This document shows positions 44,729 to 58,352 of a DNA stretch of 64,000 bases, in pieces. Position 1 is the first letter of the stretch. The number at the start of each line of letters is the position of its first letter. A program made the translations under genes and the position numbers. The stretch comes from an uncultured delta proteobacterium (GTDB taxonomy: Bacteria > Myxococcota_A > Polyangia > Fen-1088): NCBI GenBank assembly GCA_963796685.1, contig CAWCMR010000025.1, positions 864,001-928,000 on the forward strand, written 5' to 3'. The notes below the pieces were generated by a model. That model was not told the DNA's origin. It saw only the letters and a list, made by a program, of their open reading frames with translations, and ran no database searches.

Positions 44729-44788
44729 GCGGGAGATCCCCGGTTTCCTTGGGGAAAAGTCCGGAGACGACTAGGGAAAACGCCCTAG
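44729..44788. promoter_or_regulatory. Three helically phased GGG-N6-CC(C/G) sites, candidate NarL/LuxR-family operators
   Basis: GCGGGAGATCCCCGGT (44729), TGGGGAAAAGTCCGGA (44750), TAGGGAAAACGCCCTA (44772). Confidence 0.5.
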
Positions 44789-44955
44789 AGCGGACGCGAA
44801 GGGGGCGTAAAACCGACCCAATCGTGACAAAAGGGACGATGGGCATCCCTTTTTGACCGGAACGACGGTCTTGGGTGCAAATAAGACTACCGTGCCGGCG
44901 GCAAGGCGGGATAATTTCCACCGGCAGTTTTTGTGACGATCCGACGATAAACGGG

Positions 44956-46035
44956 ATGGTTTCGATGTATGTGCGCCCAACCAAGCCGACCTTCGCGCTG
45001 AGTCTCGTCCTGCTCTCGCTGTCCTGGGTCCTGCCCGCGGCCGCCCAGGAAACGGCCGCCGACGCAAACGAGGAATGCCTGACCTGCCACGGCGACGAGA
45101 GCCTGAGCATGACGCTGGAAAGCGGCGAAGAGGCGTCTCTTTTCATGAAGCGCGAGCTTCTCGAGGGTTCGGTGCACAAGAATCTGCGCTGTACGGACTG
45201 TCACGCCGGTCTCGACCAGGTGCCGCACCCCGAGCGCCACTACAAGAACCTGCAGCAATTTCGCACGAGCTTCGGCGAGGCCTGCAAGAACTGCCATTTC
45301 GAGAACTACACCAAGACCTTGGACAGCGTTCACTATCGCTTGCAGGCGCGTGGTGACGTGTTTGCCCCGACCTGCGTGAAGTGCCACGGCTCGCACGACA
45401 TCACCCATCCAGCCCAGCCCCGTTCGCGCATCTCGCAGACCTGCGCCACCTGCCATCGAACCATCTCGGAGGCCTATGCCAAGAGCGTGCACGGTCGGGC
45501 TTTGTTCGAGGAGCAGAACAAGGATGTCCCGGTCTGTACCGACTGCCATCGTTCGCACGACATCACCGGCCCCGAAGACCGCGCCTGGCTCATGAACACA
45601 CCCCTCTTGTGCGGCAAGTGCCACGCCAACGCGAAATTGATGAACAAATACGGACTGTCCACCGCCGTCCTCTCGACCTATCTGTCCGACTTTCACGGCA
45701 CCACAGCCGCCTTCGGGGCCAAGGACGACAAGACGCCTGACGGACCCGTGGTCGCCTTGTGCACGGACTGCCATGGCATTCACGACATCGGCAAGGTCAC
45801 AGGAAAGAGCGCGTCCGCTTTCCGCGCCAACCTGGTCAAGACCTGCCGGAAGTGCCACGCGGGCGCCTCCGCCAACTTTCCCGCCGCGTGGCTCTCGCAC
45901 TACGAGCCATCGCTCAAGCACGCGCCGCTCGTGTACATGGTCAAGCTCTTCTACAAGATCATCATTCCCTTCATCGTGGGAGGACTCTTGCTGCAAATTC
46001 TTCTGCACCTGTGGCGAACCGTGGTGAATCGATGA
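44956..46035 (+). CDS. Multiheme cytochrome c (9 CxxCH) with C-terminal membrane anchor
   Basis: CLTCH, CTDCH, CKNCH, CVKCH, CATCH, CTDCH, CGKCH, CTDCH, CRKCH; signal peptide; start 44956 or 44965. Confidence 0.93.
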   Translation: MVSMYVRPTKPTFALSLVLLSLSWVLPAAAQETAADANEECLTCHGDESLSMTLESGEEASLFMKRELLEGSVHKNLRCTDCHAGLDQVPHPERHYKNLQQFRTSFGEACKNCHFENYTKTLDSVHYRLQARGDVFAPTCVKCHGSHDITHPAQPRSRISQTCATCHRTISEAYAKSVHGRALFEEQNKDVPVCTDCHRSHDITGPEDRAWLMNTPLLCGKCHANAKLMNKYGLSTAVLSTYLSDFHGTTAAFGAKDDKTPDGPVVALCTDCHGIHDIGKVTGKSASAFRANLVKTCRKCHAGASANFPAAWLSHYEPSLKHAPLVYMVKLFYKIIIPFIVGGLLLQILLHLWRTVVNR

Positions 46036-46799
46036 GCCGCAAGGCCGACGACGAGGTCGTCCGCTTCGGGCCGCGTGATCGCATCGAGCACACTATCGTC
46101 CTGGTGCTCTTCTTCGCCCTGGCCCTGACCGGTCTGCCGCAGAAATTCCACGACGCCGCGCTCTCGAAGACCATCGTCCATGCCTTGGGGGGAATCGCGC
46201 AGGTCCGCTACATTCACCGCGCGTCCGGCGTGCTCTTCGCGGTCATGACCCTTGTCCACTTGGTCAGCGTCCTGGCGGCGGTCGTCGCGGGTCGCTCCTC
46301 TCTGTCCATGGTTCCCGGCGTCAAGGACTTTCGCGACGTGGTGACGACCCTGCGCTACTACCTGCGCATTTCCGACGTACGGGCGCAATTCGATCGCTTC
46401 GACTACAAAGAGAAGTTCGAGTACTGGGGCATCCTGTTCGGCGGGCTCATCATGATCACCACGGGCTTCGCCTTGCTCTTTCCGGTCGAGGCCACCCGCT
46501 TCCTTCCCGGCGAGATCATCCCCGCCGCCAAGGTCGCGCACGGCAACGAGGGCCTGATGGCCTTCCTGGTGGTCATCCTCTGGCACATCTACAACGTGGT
46601 CTTCGCGCCCGAGGTCTTCCCCGGCAGCAAGACCATCTTCACCGGCAAGATCTCGCGCGAGCGCATGCGCCACGAGCACCCGCTCGAGTACGCGCGCATG
46701 TTTCCGGAAGAGGCCGACGCGGTGCTCGGTCAAGACCATCCCGCGCAAGAGCACGTGGCGGAGCCGACGCACGAGCCGGCACAGAAAAAGGATGGGTAG
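46032..46799 (+). CDS. Cytochrome b (HydC/FdhC-like) membrane subunit, paralog 2
   Basis: RIEH, LALTGLPQKF, IHR, FDYKEKFEYW, HGNEG, WHIYN. Confidence 0.88.
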   Translation: MSRKADDEVVRFGPRDRIEHTIVLVLFFALALTGLPQKFHDAALSKTIVHALGGIAQVRYIHRASGVLFAVMTLVHLVSVLAAVVAGRSSLSMVPGVKDFRDVVTTLRYYLRISDVRAQFDRFDYKEKFEYWGILFGGLIMITTGFALLFPVEATRFLPGEIIPAAKVAHGNEGLMAFLVVILWHIYNVVFAPEVFPGSKTIFTGKISRERMRHEHPLEYARMFPEEADAVLGQDHPAQEHVAEPTHEPAQKKDG

Positions 46800-47745
46800 C
46801 CGAGCGGCCGAGTGCATCCTCCACGGCATCGTGGCCGCCCTCGTGGTCGCGGTGCTCCTGCGCACGCAGCGTATCCGCGCGCCCGACACCCGCCTTCGTT
46901 ACTGGTGGCTCGCCGCCGGTCTCCCGGCGATCGCGACCCCGCTTTTCTGGTGGCTCGCGCCCTGGCGCCACGGAGAGCGCTTTCGCGATGCGTGGTCGCT
47001 GTTTTCGGCCAGCCACCTTTCGCCATGGACCTTCCATGGCGTGGCCCTGACCAGCGCCGTCGGCCTGGTGCTGGGGCTGGCCGGTACGGCGCTCTTTCTG
47101 CGCGACGCGATCCCCTTCGGCCTGGATCTGGTACGCGGTCGAGCGACGACCCGCGAGGGCATCGCCCCCCCCTCGCTCTTGGTCGACGCCGCGAATCGCA
47201 CGGCCGCCGCCCTGGGCATCGCCGTTCCCGGGCTGACGGTGCTGCCTTCGCAGCAGCCCCTCCTGATGTGCCGAGGCTTGCGCAGGCCGGTCATCGTCGT
47301 ATCCGTCGGACTCTGCCAGGGCCTCGCGCCCGAGGAGCTCGAGGCATCCATCGCGCACGAGATGGCACACGCGAAGCACCACGATCCCGTGCTTGGCTGG
47401 GGCCTCATGGCCATACGCGGGCTGTGCTTCTTCAATCCGGCCGTGCAACTGGCCGCGCGAGCCGCCGCCCTGGAGATCGAGCGCAGGGCCGACCTTTCCG
47501 CGGCCCGCATCGCGGCCAGCGCGGACGCCGTCGTGCGAAGCCTGCGCAAGCTGACCGGCATCGACGGGGCTCGCCCACTGCCAACCGAGGCGCGCACCTG
47601 GCGAAGGTATCGTCTGGCGGCCATCGAAGCGCGCTGCCAGGCGCTGCTCCACGCGGAGCGAGCGCCCAGCGACACGCAGCCGGCCTGGATCCTTCCAGCC
47701 ACGGCCATCGGGCTCGGTGTCATACTCTTTCTGACCGTCGCGTGA
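46792..47745 (+). CDS. M56/M48 family membrane zinc metallopeptidase (BlaR1-like)
   Basis: ELEASIAHEMAHAKHHD, FFNP, ERRAD; TM helices. Confidence 0.85.
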   Translation: MGSRAAECILHGIVAALVVAVLLRTQRIRAPDTRLRYWWLAAGLPAIATPLFWWLAPWRHGERFRDAWSLFSASHLSPWTFHGVALTSAVGLVLGLAGTALFLRDAIPFGLDLVRGRATTREGIAPPSLLVDAANRTAAALGIAVPGLTVLPSQQPLLMCRGLRRPVIVVSVGLCQGLAPEELEASIAHEMAHAKHHDPVLGWGLMAIRGLCFFNPAVQLAARAAALEIERRADLSAARIAASADAVVRSLRKLTGIDGARPLPTEARTWRRYRLAAIEARCQALLHAERAPSDTQPAWILPATAIGLGVILFLTVA

Positions 47746-47751
47746 GCACCC

Positions 47752-48315
47752 ATGGCGCCTCCTCTTCCCCAGAAACCATCGTCCAAGAAGACCACGCGCG
47801 CAGCCTTGACGACCTTGGCGGTGCTCGCGGGGACGGCGCTTGCCCTGCGGGCCGGGGACGCGGCGGCGACGTGGATCGCCGGCGTACCACGCGGGGTCCA
47901 TCTGTGCGCCAGCGTGCACGAGGCCGAGACACGCACCGGACTCGACGTGCGCGCCGTTCGCCGCATTCTCGGCGGCTACCCGATCGCCGCAGACGGCATC
48001 CGTGTCACGGCAAGGCCCGTCCCGGCGCTCGCGATCGCCATGCACGGTGATGAAGGTGCGAACGATCTCACGCTTTTCCGCAGCCGTGGCGCCATTCCGG
48101 CCACGTTGCGCGCGCCCCTGGGGGCGTTTCACGAGATCACGGTTCCCCTCGCGCCCGGCCGCGCGGGTTTGCTCAAGGCCGAAAGGCAATCCGACGGCTC
48201 GGTCTGGCAGGACTTGGAGTGGTCCGATGACACGGGGAGGACCGCCCTGCGGTTCGACGGCCACACCGTGGAGTTGCTCCGGGTGGCGCGACTTCTCGCC
48301 GAGGATGGGCGATGA
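47752..48315 (+). CDS. Hypothetical membrane-anchored/exported protein
   Basis: In operon, ATGA overlap with the kinase; N-terminal hydrophobic segment. Confidence 0.65.
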   Translation: MAPPLPQKPSSKKTTRAALTTLAVLAGTALALRAGDAAATWIAGVPRGVHLCASVHEAETRTGLDVRAVRRILGGYPIAADGIRVTARPVPALAIAMHGDEGANDLTLFRSRGAIPATLRAPLGAFHEITVPLAPGRAGLLKAERQSDGSVWQDLEWSDDTGRTALRFDGHTVELLRVARLLAEDGR

Positions 48316-50027
48316 TTTCGAGAAAGGATCGCGCCCACAGCATTCGCCGCCGCGTGGCCTTGCTCGTGGGTGTCGGCGTGCTCGCACCCACGCTGCTTGC
48401 GCTGTGGACCCTGCATTCGGCCTTCGAAGAAGCTTCGCAACACCTCGTCGCGCAATATCAGGTCTTGGCCCGCAGTCTGGCCCTGCACTTCGATTACGAG
48501 CTGCGCGATCGCCTGGCCAGTCTCTCGGCGGCGACCGGCACACCCGAGGATTGGCTGACCGGCAATGCCCAACGCTCGCTGCACACCGCCCTTTTGCGTT
48601 CGTCCGTGCTCGATGCCATCGTGGTCGTCGGCAAGGAGCCGGACGGCGGCAAGAAGGTGTTGTGGCAGGAGCTGCGCCACCAGGGGCTGGCCCGCGCCAC
48701 GTTGCTGGCCCTGCCCGAGCTGGACGCGACGCTCGCTCTCGGCCGCGAAAGCGTCGCACACCTTCTCGAGCCGCAGCGAAGCCGACTGGTGTTCCTCGTC
48801 CCCGTGCGCGACTGGAACGGACAGGTGACCAGCGCGGTGTGCGCGGTGGCCAACCCGTCTTCGCCGACATGGCAGGCCATGCTCAGGCAGGGCGCGATCG
48901 GCAGTGGCAGCGCGAGTCTCGTGGACGACCAGGGGCGCGTGGTAGCCAGCGTCGGCCCGGCCGCGCCGCCGCAGGGCAAGGAAGACTTCACCGCCACGGG
49001 TACCTTGTCCGTCGCCCCCTGGCAGATTGTCCTGCGTCAGGTTCGCGACGAGGCGCTCGGCCCCTTCTTGGTTCAGCGCAGCCGCGTCCTGGTCCTCTCG
49101 CCGCTTCTGCTGGTGCTGGCCCTGCTCTTCTCGTGGGGCGCCACCCACAGCGTGACCGAGCCGCTCAAAGCCCTCAACGTGGCCGCGGGACGCATCGCCG
49201 AGGGCAACCTCGAAACCGCCGTGCCCGCGCAGGCCGACGACGAGGTCGGCCAGCTCGGCCAATCGCTGGAGGCGATGCGCGTGGCGCTCAAGAAGTCGCT
49301 CGACGACCTCACCGCGAGCCACGATGTCCTCGAACAGCGCGTGCAAGCGCGCACGCAAGAGCTGCGGCAGCTCCTCACCAAGATCGTCTCGGTCCAGGAG
49401 GACGAGCGCCGGCGAATCGCGCGCGAGCTGCACGACGAGACCTGCCAGACCCTGGCCGCGCTCGGCATGAAGCTCGACGCCGCCCTCTCGGCGCCCACGC
49501 CGGAAATCGTGCGCGAACGTCTGACCGAGGCGCGAGCCTTCGCGGGACGGACCTTGGCCGACATCCATGCCCTCATCTACGAGCTGCGTCCGTCGGTGCT
49601 CGACGACCTCGGCCTGTATCCGGCCATTCGCTGGCTGGCCGAGCACAACCTCGCCCCGGCGGGCATCGCCTACCGCTGCGAAGTGGCGCTGCCCGATCGC
49701 ACCCTCAGCTCGGAGCGCGAGACCACCTTGTTCCGGGCCGTCCAGGAAGCCGTCCGCAACGTGGCCCGCCACTCCGGAGCCACCCAGGTGCTCATCCAGG
49801 TCGAGGAGCAAAAGAACGATCTGCTGGTCGAGATCGAGGACGACGGCCATGGTTTCGATCCCGCGAGCGTGGCGGTGCCCGGACCGTCGGGGCGAGGTCT
49901 GGGGCTGCTCGGCATGCGCGAACGCCTGTCCATGGTGGGCGGGACGGTGGAGGTGATCTCGTCGGCCGACGCCGGCACGCGTGTCATCCTGCGCGTGCCC
50001 TTCGAGGAGGAAAATCACCATGGCTAA
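48312..50027 (+). CDS. NarX/UhpB-type (HisKA_3) HAMP sensor histidine kinase
   Basis: QEDERRRIARELHDE, LRPSVLDDLGL, QEAVRNVARHS, DDGHGF, GLGLLGMRER. Confidence 0.93.
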   Translation: MISRKDRAHSIRRRVALLVGVGVLAPTLLALWTLHSAFEEASQHLVAQYQVLARSLALHFDYELRDRLASLSAATGTPEDWLTGNAQRSLHTALLRSSVLDAIVVVGKEPDGGKKVLWQELRHQGLARATLLALPELDATLALGRESVAHLLEPQRSRLVFLVPVRDWNGQVTSAVCAVANPSSPTWQAMLRQGAIGSGSASLVDDQGRVVASVGPAAPPQGKEDFTATGTLSVAPWQIVLRQVRDEALGPFLVQRSRVLVLSPLLLVLALLFSWGATHSVTEPLKALNVAAGRIAEGNLETAVPAQADDEVGQLGQSLEAMRVALKKSLDDLTASHDVLEQRVQARTQELRQLLTKIVSVQEDERRRIARELHDETCQTLAALGMKLDAALSAPTPEIVRERLTEARAFAGRTLADIHALIYELRPSVLDDLGLYPAIRWLAEHNLAPAGIAYRCEVALPDRTLSSERETTLFRAVQEAVRNVARHSGATQVLIQVEEQKNDLLVEIEDDGHGFDPASVAVPGPSGRGLGLLGMRERLSMVGGTVEVISSADAGTRVILRVPFEEENHHG

Positions 50028-50673
50028 GATCCGCATTCTCATCGCCGACGATCACGCCCTGGTTCGCGAAGGGATCCGCGCCCTGCTCTCCCTGTGCGAC
50101 GATCTCGAGGTCGTGGGCGAGGCCGCCGACGGCAGCGAAGCCATCGCGGCGGCGCAGAAGCTCGACCCGGACGTGGTCTTGATGGACATCAACATGCCCG
50201 GCCTGGGCGGCCTGGAAGCGACGCCCGCGATAAGGCGCAACAATCCGCGCGCGAAGATCCTGGTGCTGACCCAGTACGACGACCGCGAATACGTGACCCG
50301 CTTCCTCAAGAACGGCGCCTCGGGCTACGTGCTCAAACGGGCGGCGGGCTCGGAGCTGGCCTCCGCAGTGCGCGCGGTCCACCGCGGCGGCCTGGTGCTC
50401 GATCCATCGCTGGCGCGCGAGGCCCTCATGCCCGCAACCCAACCTGCCGGCCGCGGCGAAGGGGAAGAGCGCTATCTCAGTCTCACTGACCGCGAGAAAC
50501 AGGTACTGAAGCTCGTCGCCGAGGGCAATTCCAACAAGGAAGTGGCCCAGCTCCTCGGCATCAGCGTCAAGACCGCCATGTCCCACCGCGAACGGGTGAT
50601 GCAAAAGCTCGACATCCACAACCGCACCGAGCTCGTGAAATTCGCGCTCAGGCAAGGTGTGATCAAGCTGTAA
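50020..50673 (+). CDS. NarL/LuxR family response regulator
   Basis: IADDHALVREG, LMDINMP, LTDREKQVLKLVAEGNSNKEVA. Confidence 0.95.
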   Translation: MAKIRILIADDHALVREGIRALLSLCDDLEVVGEAADGSEAIAAAQKLDPDVVLMDINMPGLGGLEATPAIRRNNPRAKILVLTQYDDREYVTRFLKNGASGYVLKRAAGSELASAVRAVHRGGLVLDPSLAREALMPATQPAGRGEGEERYLSLTDREKQVLKLVAEGNSNKEVAQLLGISVKTAMSHRERVMQKLDIHNRTELVKFALRQGVIKL

Positions 50674-50754
50674 GGGGAGAGCCAATCAAAGCCGCGACGG
50701 CTCGCCTCCCGCTTGCAGGTGCACGGAAGCCGGTTTCACGCTACGGTGATCGTG

Positions 50755-53894
<3,140 letters not shown>

Positions 53895-53906
53895 GAGTTT
53901 TGTGAC

Positions 53907-54722
53907 GTGCAGAGTGACTTCGACATCGAGCTGCGGTTGCTGATGGAGGCCATCTATGCCAGGTACCAGCATGACTTCCGCCATTACTCGATGGCGTCGC
54001 TCAAACGCCGACTCGGGCAGGCCATTGCGCACTTCGGGGTGCGAACACTCTCGGGGCTTCAGGAGCGGGTTTTGCGGGAGCCCGAGGTCTTTCGCGACTT
54101 GCTTCCCTACCTCACGGTCCAGGTGAGCGAGATGTTCCGGGACCCGGCGTTTTTCCGCACGCTGCGTGCGCAGCTCATTCCGACGCTGCAGACGTATCCC
54201 TCGGTAAAGGTCTGGGTGGCCGGGTGCAGTACGGGCGAGGAGGTGTACTCGCTCGCCATCGTCTTCCGGGAAGAGGGGCTGCTCGACAAGACCCTCATCT
54301 ACGCCACCGACATCAATGCCACCGCGCTCGAAGCCGCCGAGCTGGGCATCTACCCGCAAGACCGCATCGCGGGCTTCAGCAAGGCGTACCACGCGGCGGG
54401 TGGCAAGGGCTCGCTGTCCGACTACTACACGCTCGCGTACGGCTCGGCGAAGTTCGACAAGACGCTCGCACGCGAGGTCCTCTTCTCGGACCACAGCCTC
54501 GCGACCGACAACGTCTTCAGCGAGGTGCAGCTCGTGACCTGTCGCAACGTGCTCATCTACTTCGACCCGGAGCTGCAGGACCGTGCCGTCGGCCTCTTCA
54601 AGGATTCCCTCACGCGCAAGGGCTTCCTCGGGCTGGGGGCGAAGGAAACCCTACGATTCACCACGCATGCGGGTGCTTTCACCGAGCTTGTGCGCGGGCA
54701 AAGGATCTACCAGAAGCAATGA
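53907..54722 (+). CDS. cheR: CheR-type protein-glutamate O-methyltransferase
   Basis: VSEMFRDP, WVAGCSTGEEVYS, ATDIN, CRNVLIYF. Confidence 0.92.
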   Translation: MQSDFDIELRLLMEAIYARYQHDFRHYSMASLKRRLGQAIAHFGVRTLSGLQERVLREPEVFRDLLPYLTVQVSEMFRDPAFFRTLRAQLIPTLQTYPSVKVWVAGCSTGEEVYSLAIVFREEGLLDKTLIYATDINATALEAAELGIYPQDRIAGFSKAYHAAGGKGSLSDYYTLAYGSAKFDKTLAREVLFSDHSLATDNVFSEVQLVTCRNVLIYFDPELQDRAVGLFKDSLTRKGFLGLGAKETLRFTTHAGAFTELVRGQRIYQKQ

Positions 54723-55330
54723 CTGCCGAGGCACCTCAAGCGGATCGAATGCTCGACCTCGGTGCCGTGGTCATCGGCGGCTCCGCGGGCGCCCTCGACG
54801 CGCTCCTGAGCCTTCTCGAGCGGCTCCCGCAGCACTTTGCGCCGCCTATCGCGGTCGTCCTGCACACGCCGAAGGAGCTTCCGAGTGTATTGGTCACGGC
54901 GCTTTCTCACCGCTGCCCGCTTCCGGTACGCGAGCCGGAGGACAAGGAACCGCTTCAGGCTGGGACCGTCTTCGTCGCGGCTCCCGGTTACCATCTACTC
55001 GTCGAGCCCGGGCCTTGCTTCGGCTTCTCGGTTGACGCCCCCGAGAACTACTCGCGTCCATCGATTGACGTCCTCTTCGACTCGGCCGTGGACGTCTACG
55101 GGGATCGCCTGGTTGGCGTAATCCTCTCCGGCGCGAACAACGATGGCGCGAACGGGCTCGCCTCCGTCTGCAAGGCCGGCGGGCTCGCCCTCGTGCAGGC
55201 GCCGGCCGAAGCGGCCAGCCCCGAGATGCCGAGTGCGGCGCTGGCAGCTTGTCCGGCCGCGCAGGTTCTGCCGGCGGCTCGCATCGCCGAGCGGCTCATC
55301 TCCGTTTCCCAAGCTAGGGCCCTGAAATGA
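54719..55330 (+). CDS. cheB: CheB methylesterase (catalytic domain only)
   Basis: IGGSAGA, VVLH, SRPSIDVLF, ILSGANNDG. Confidence 0.9.
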   Translation: MTAEAPQADRMLDLGAVVIGGSAGALDALLSLLERLPQHFAPPIAVVLHTPKELPSVLVTALSHRCPLPVREPEDKEPLQAGTVFVAAPGYHLLVEPGPCFGFSVDAPENYSRPSIDVLFDSAVDVYGDRLVGVILSGANNDGANGLASVCKAGGLALVQAPAEAASPEMPSAALAACPAAQVLPAARIAERLISVSQARALK

Positions 55331-55337
55331 GGACCGC

Positions 55338-57633
55338 ATGAGCGCACAACCCAAGGTTCTGTTGGTCGACGATCGTCCGGACAACTTGCTCGCGATCGAG
55401 GCGCAGCTTCGCCCGCTCGACGCCCAGTTCCTCAAGGCTGGCTCGGGGCGGGAGGCGCTCGATCTTCTTCTCGAGCACGAGGTGGCGGTGGCCATCGTGG
55501 ACGTCCAGATGCCGGAGATGGACGGGTTCGAGCTGGCGGAGCTCATGCGCGGCTCGCTGCGAACGAGGAGGATCCCGATCATTTTCGTCACCGCGGGAAT
55601 CCACAATCTGTCCCGGGTCTTCAAGGGATACGAGGCTGGCGCCGTCGATTTCCTCGTCAAGCCCATCGAGACCCGCGTGCTCGTCAACAAGGTTGGCATC
55701 TTCCTCGAGCTCGAGCAGCAGCGTCGCTCCCTCGCCCTGCGCATCGAACAGCTCGAGGCCGCGGAGATGGCGAAGCACGACAGCGAACACCGCTTCCAGA
55801 CGATGGCCGACAACATCGCGCCGCTCGCCTGGATGGCGCGACCCGATGGCGACGTCTTCTGGTACAACCGCCGGTGGTACGAGTACACAGGCACGACCCC
55901 CGCGCAGATGAAGGGCTGGGGTTGGAAATCCGTCCACGACCCCGACCTCCTTCCCGAAGTCGTGAAACGCTGGACCGCGGCCATCGCCGCAGGTCGCGAG
56001 TTCGAGATGGAGTTCCCGCTGCGCAGCGCCGACGGCAAGTATCGGCGTTTCCTGACGCGTGCATTTCCGCGCAAGGGCGAGGACGGACAGGTGCTCGAGT
56101 GGTTTGGCACCAACACGGACGTGACCTCCCTGCTCGAGACGCAACGAGCGCTGCGCGATAGCGAGCAGCGTTTCCGCGAGCTGGCCGAGACCCTTCCGCA
56201 GATGGTATTCGAGCTTCCGCTCTGACGAGCCCGGAGGCTACTTCAACCACCGCTGGATGGAGTACACGGGGCAACCGTTGGGCGATTTCTCGACGAGGCT
56301 GGAGCTTGTCCATCCGGAAGACCGCGAGCGCACGCAGGCAACGTGGGCCGAAGCCCTCGCGACCGGCACGCCGTACGAATGCGAGTACCGTTTCCGACGG
56401 CACGACGGCCAGTACCGCTGGGTCCTGTCGCGAGCGCTCCCCTTCGCGGACGAGAGCGGCGCGGTCAAACGCTGGTTCGGCACCGCGACGGACGTCCACG
56501 ACTTGAAGGCCGCGCAAGAGGCCCTGGGTGAGGCCGATCGGCGCAAGACCGAGTTCCTGGCCGTCCTCTCGCACGAGCTGCGCAACCCGCTCGCGCCGAT
56601 CAAGAACAGTCTCTACATCCTCGATCGCGCCGCTCCGGGGGGCGAGCAGGCGACCCGCGCCAAGGAGACCATCAGCCGGCAGGTCGACCAACTCACCAAT
56701 CTGGTGAACGATCTCCTCGACGTCACCCGCATCACGCGGAACAAGGTTCGGCTACAAAAGGAGCCCCTCGAGCTCAATGAGATTGTCCGCCGGACCGCCG
56801 AGGACAACCGCTCGCTCTTCGAGAAGAACCGGGTCGAGCTGCAGGTCGAGCTCACTTCGATCCCCATCGCGATCAGCGCCGACCGCACCCGACTCGCCCA
56901 GCTCATCAGCAATCTGCTGCAGAACGCGGCGAAGTTCACGCCGGCGGGGGGAACCACGCGCATCTCCGTGGAAGCCACTGGTGGCACAGCGACCGTGCAC
57001 GTCGCCGACAATGGCGTCGGAATGGCGGCGCCAACGCTGCAAAGGCTATTCCAGCCGTTCGCGCAGGCGGCCCAGTCCATCGACCGCAGCGGCGGTGGGC
57101 TCGGCCTTGGCCTGGCCTTGGTGAAGGGATTGGCCGAGCTGCATGGCGGGCGAATCACCGCGCGCAGCGACGGGCTGGACAAGGGCTCGGAATTCGTCCT
57201 CGAGCTTCCCTGCGAGGCGGCGATGAGCGAGCGGCCCGTGCCCGCTTTCGCCCAGGTCGACCGCGCGCCCCGGCGCATCCTCATCATCGAGGATAACCTG
57301 GACGCGGCGGAGAGTCTGCGCGAGGTCCTTGAGCTTCAGGAGCATGAGGTCGCCGTGGCCCACAACGGTACGCAGGGACTCCGGCGAGCGCTGGAGTTCC
57401 GGCCGGACGTGATCCTGTGCGACATCGGTCTACCAGGCATGGACGGTTACGAGGTCGCGCGCGCTTTACGAGCGGACGAGCGGATGCGATCGGTCCACCT
57501 GGTGGCGCTGAGCGGGTATGCGCTGCCCGAGGATGTGATTCGGGCAAAGGAGGCCGGGTTCGAGGAGCACCTTGCCAAGCCGCCCAGCATCGAACGGCTG
57601 ACCGAGATTCTGTCTCATACTTTTGCGCGGTGA
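55338..57633 (+). CDS. Hybrid kinase REC-PAS-PAS-HisKA/HATPase-REC; apparent frameshift near 56215
   Basis: VDDRPDN/DVQMPEMDG, two PAS-PAC domains (WFGTNTD, WFGTATD), LSHELRNPLAP, GLGLGL, CDIGLPG. Confidence 0.88.
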
Positions 57634-57727
57634 TGTAACCAGCAGGCCGCACCGGCGCGAGCGTTGCTCGGTCGTGTAGCAGCGTCGCCTTGGCCTCGAT
57701 TTGCCATGCCGACCGCTCCTATGCCCC

Positions 57728-58156
57728 TCACACCCCGGCTCCCAGTACCGCCAGAAACGCTCGTGGTTGCATGATGCGAATCCCCTCATAGTCGCCCAGG
57801 GTTAAGAGATGCTTGTCGCCACTCACGATGACCGACGCGCGGCCGGATACGGCGGCGTAGAGGTATTTGTCGTCGTCGGGATCTTGCGAGACTTGGGATG
57901 AGAACACGCCATCCTCGACGAGATCTGCAAGCAGGAGGATGCTGTCGAGCCACTGGATGGCATCAATGGGAGCGCGCAAGCATCTGCGCACCGCCGGGTA
58001 GGCAAGCGCGGTCGCGATTTCGGTGACCATCGCGGGGGACATGACCAACTCGAACGCCTCATCGCGTAGGAAGAGACGCAGGATCTGGCCGGGAGGCCCC
58101 TCCGGGCGAATCGCCGCACTGACGAATACGTTTGCGTCGACAACCGCGCGAAGCAC
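57728..58156 (-). CDS. PIN-domain putative toxin
   Basis: RAVVDANVFVSA, DPDDDKYL, IVSGDKHLL. Confidence 0.9.
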   Translation of the reverse strand: MLRAVVDANVFVSAAIRPEGPPGQILRLFLRDEAFELVMSPAMVTEIATALAYPAVRRCLRAPIDAIQWLDSILLLADLVEDGVFSSQVSQDPDDDKYLYAAVSGRASVIVSGDKHLLTLGDYEGIRIMQPRAFLAVLGAGV

Positions 58157-58352
58157 GGGTCACTTTCGCGGGGGTTTGACTGGATCTTGGTGGAGACGCA
58201 AATCTGCCACTGTGGGACGGCACGCGGCCCGACTACGACTGGGCGGTGGCGGCGTTGTTTCAAGCCTCCACGCGCTGACAGGCCTTTGGCGTCACGGAAG
58301 TCCCTGCATTTTCCAGTGGCCCTGCGCCTTCCCACGGCACTATCTTTTGCCC

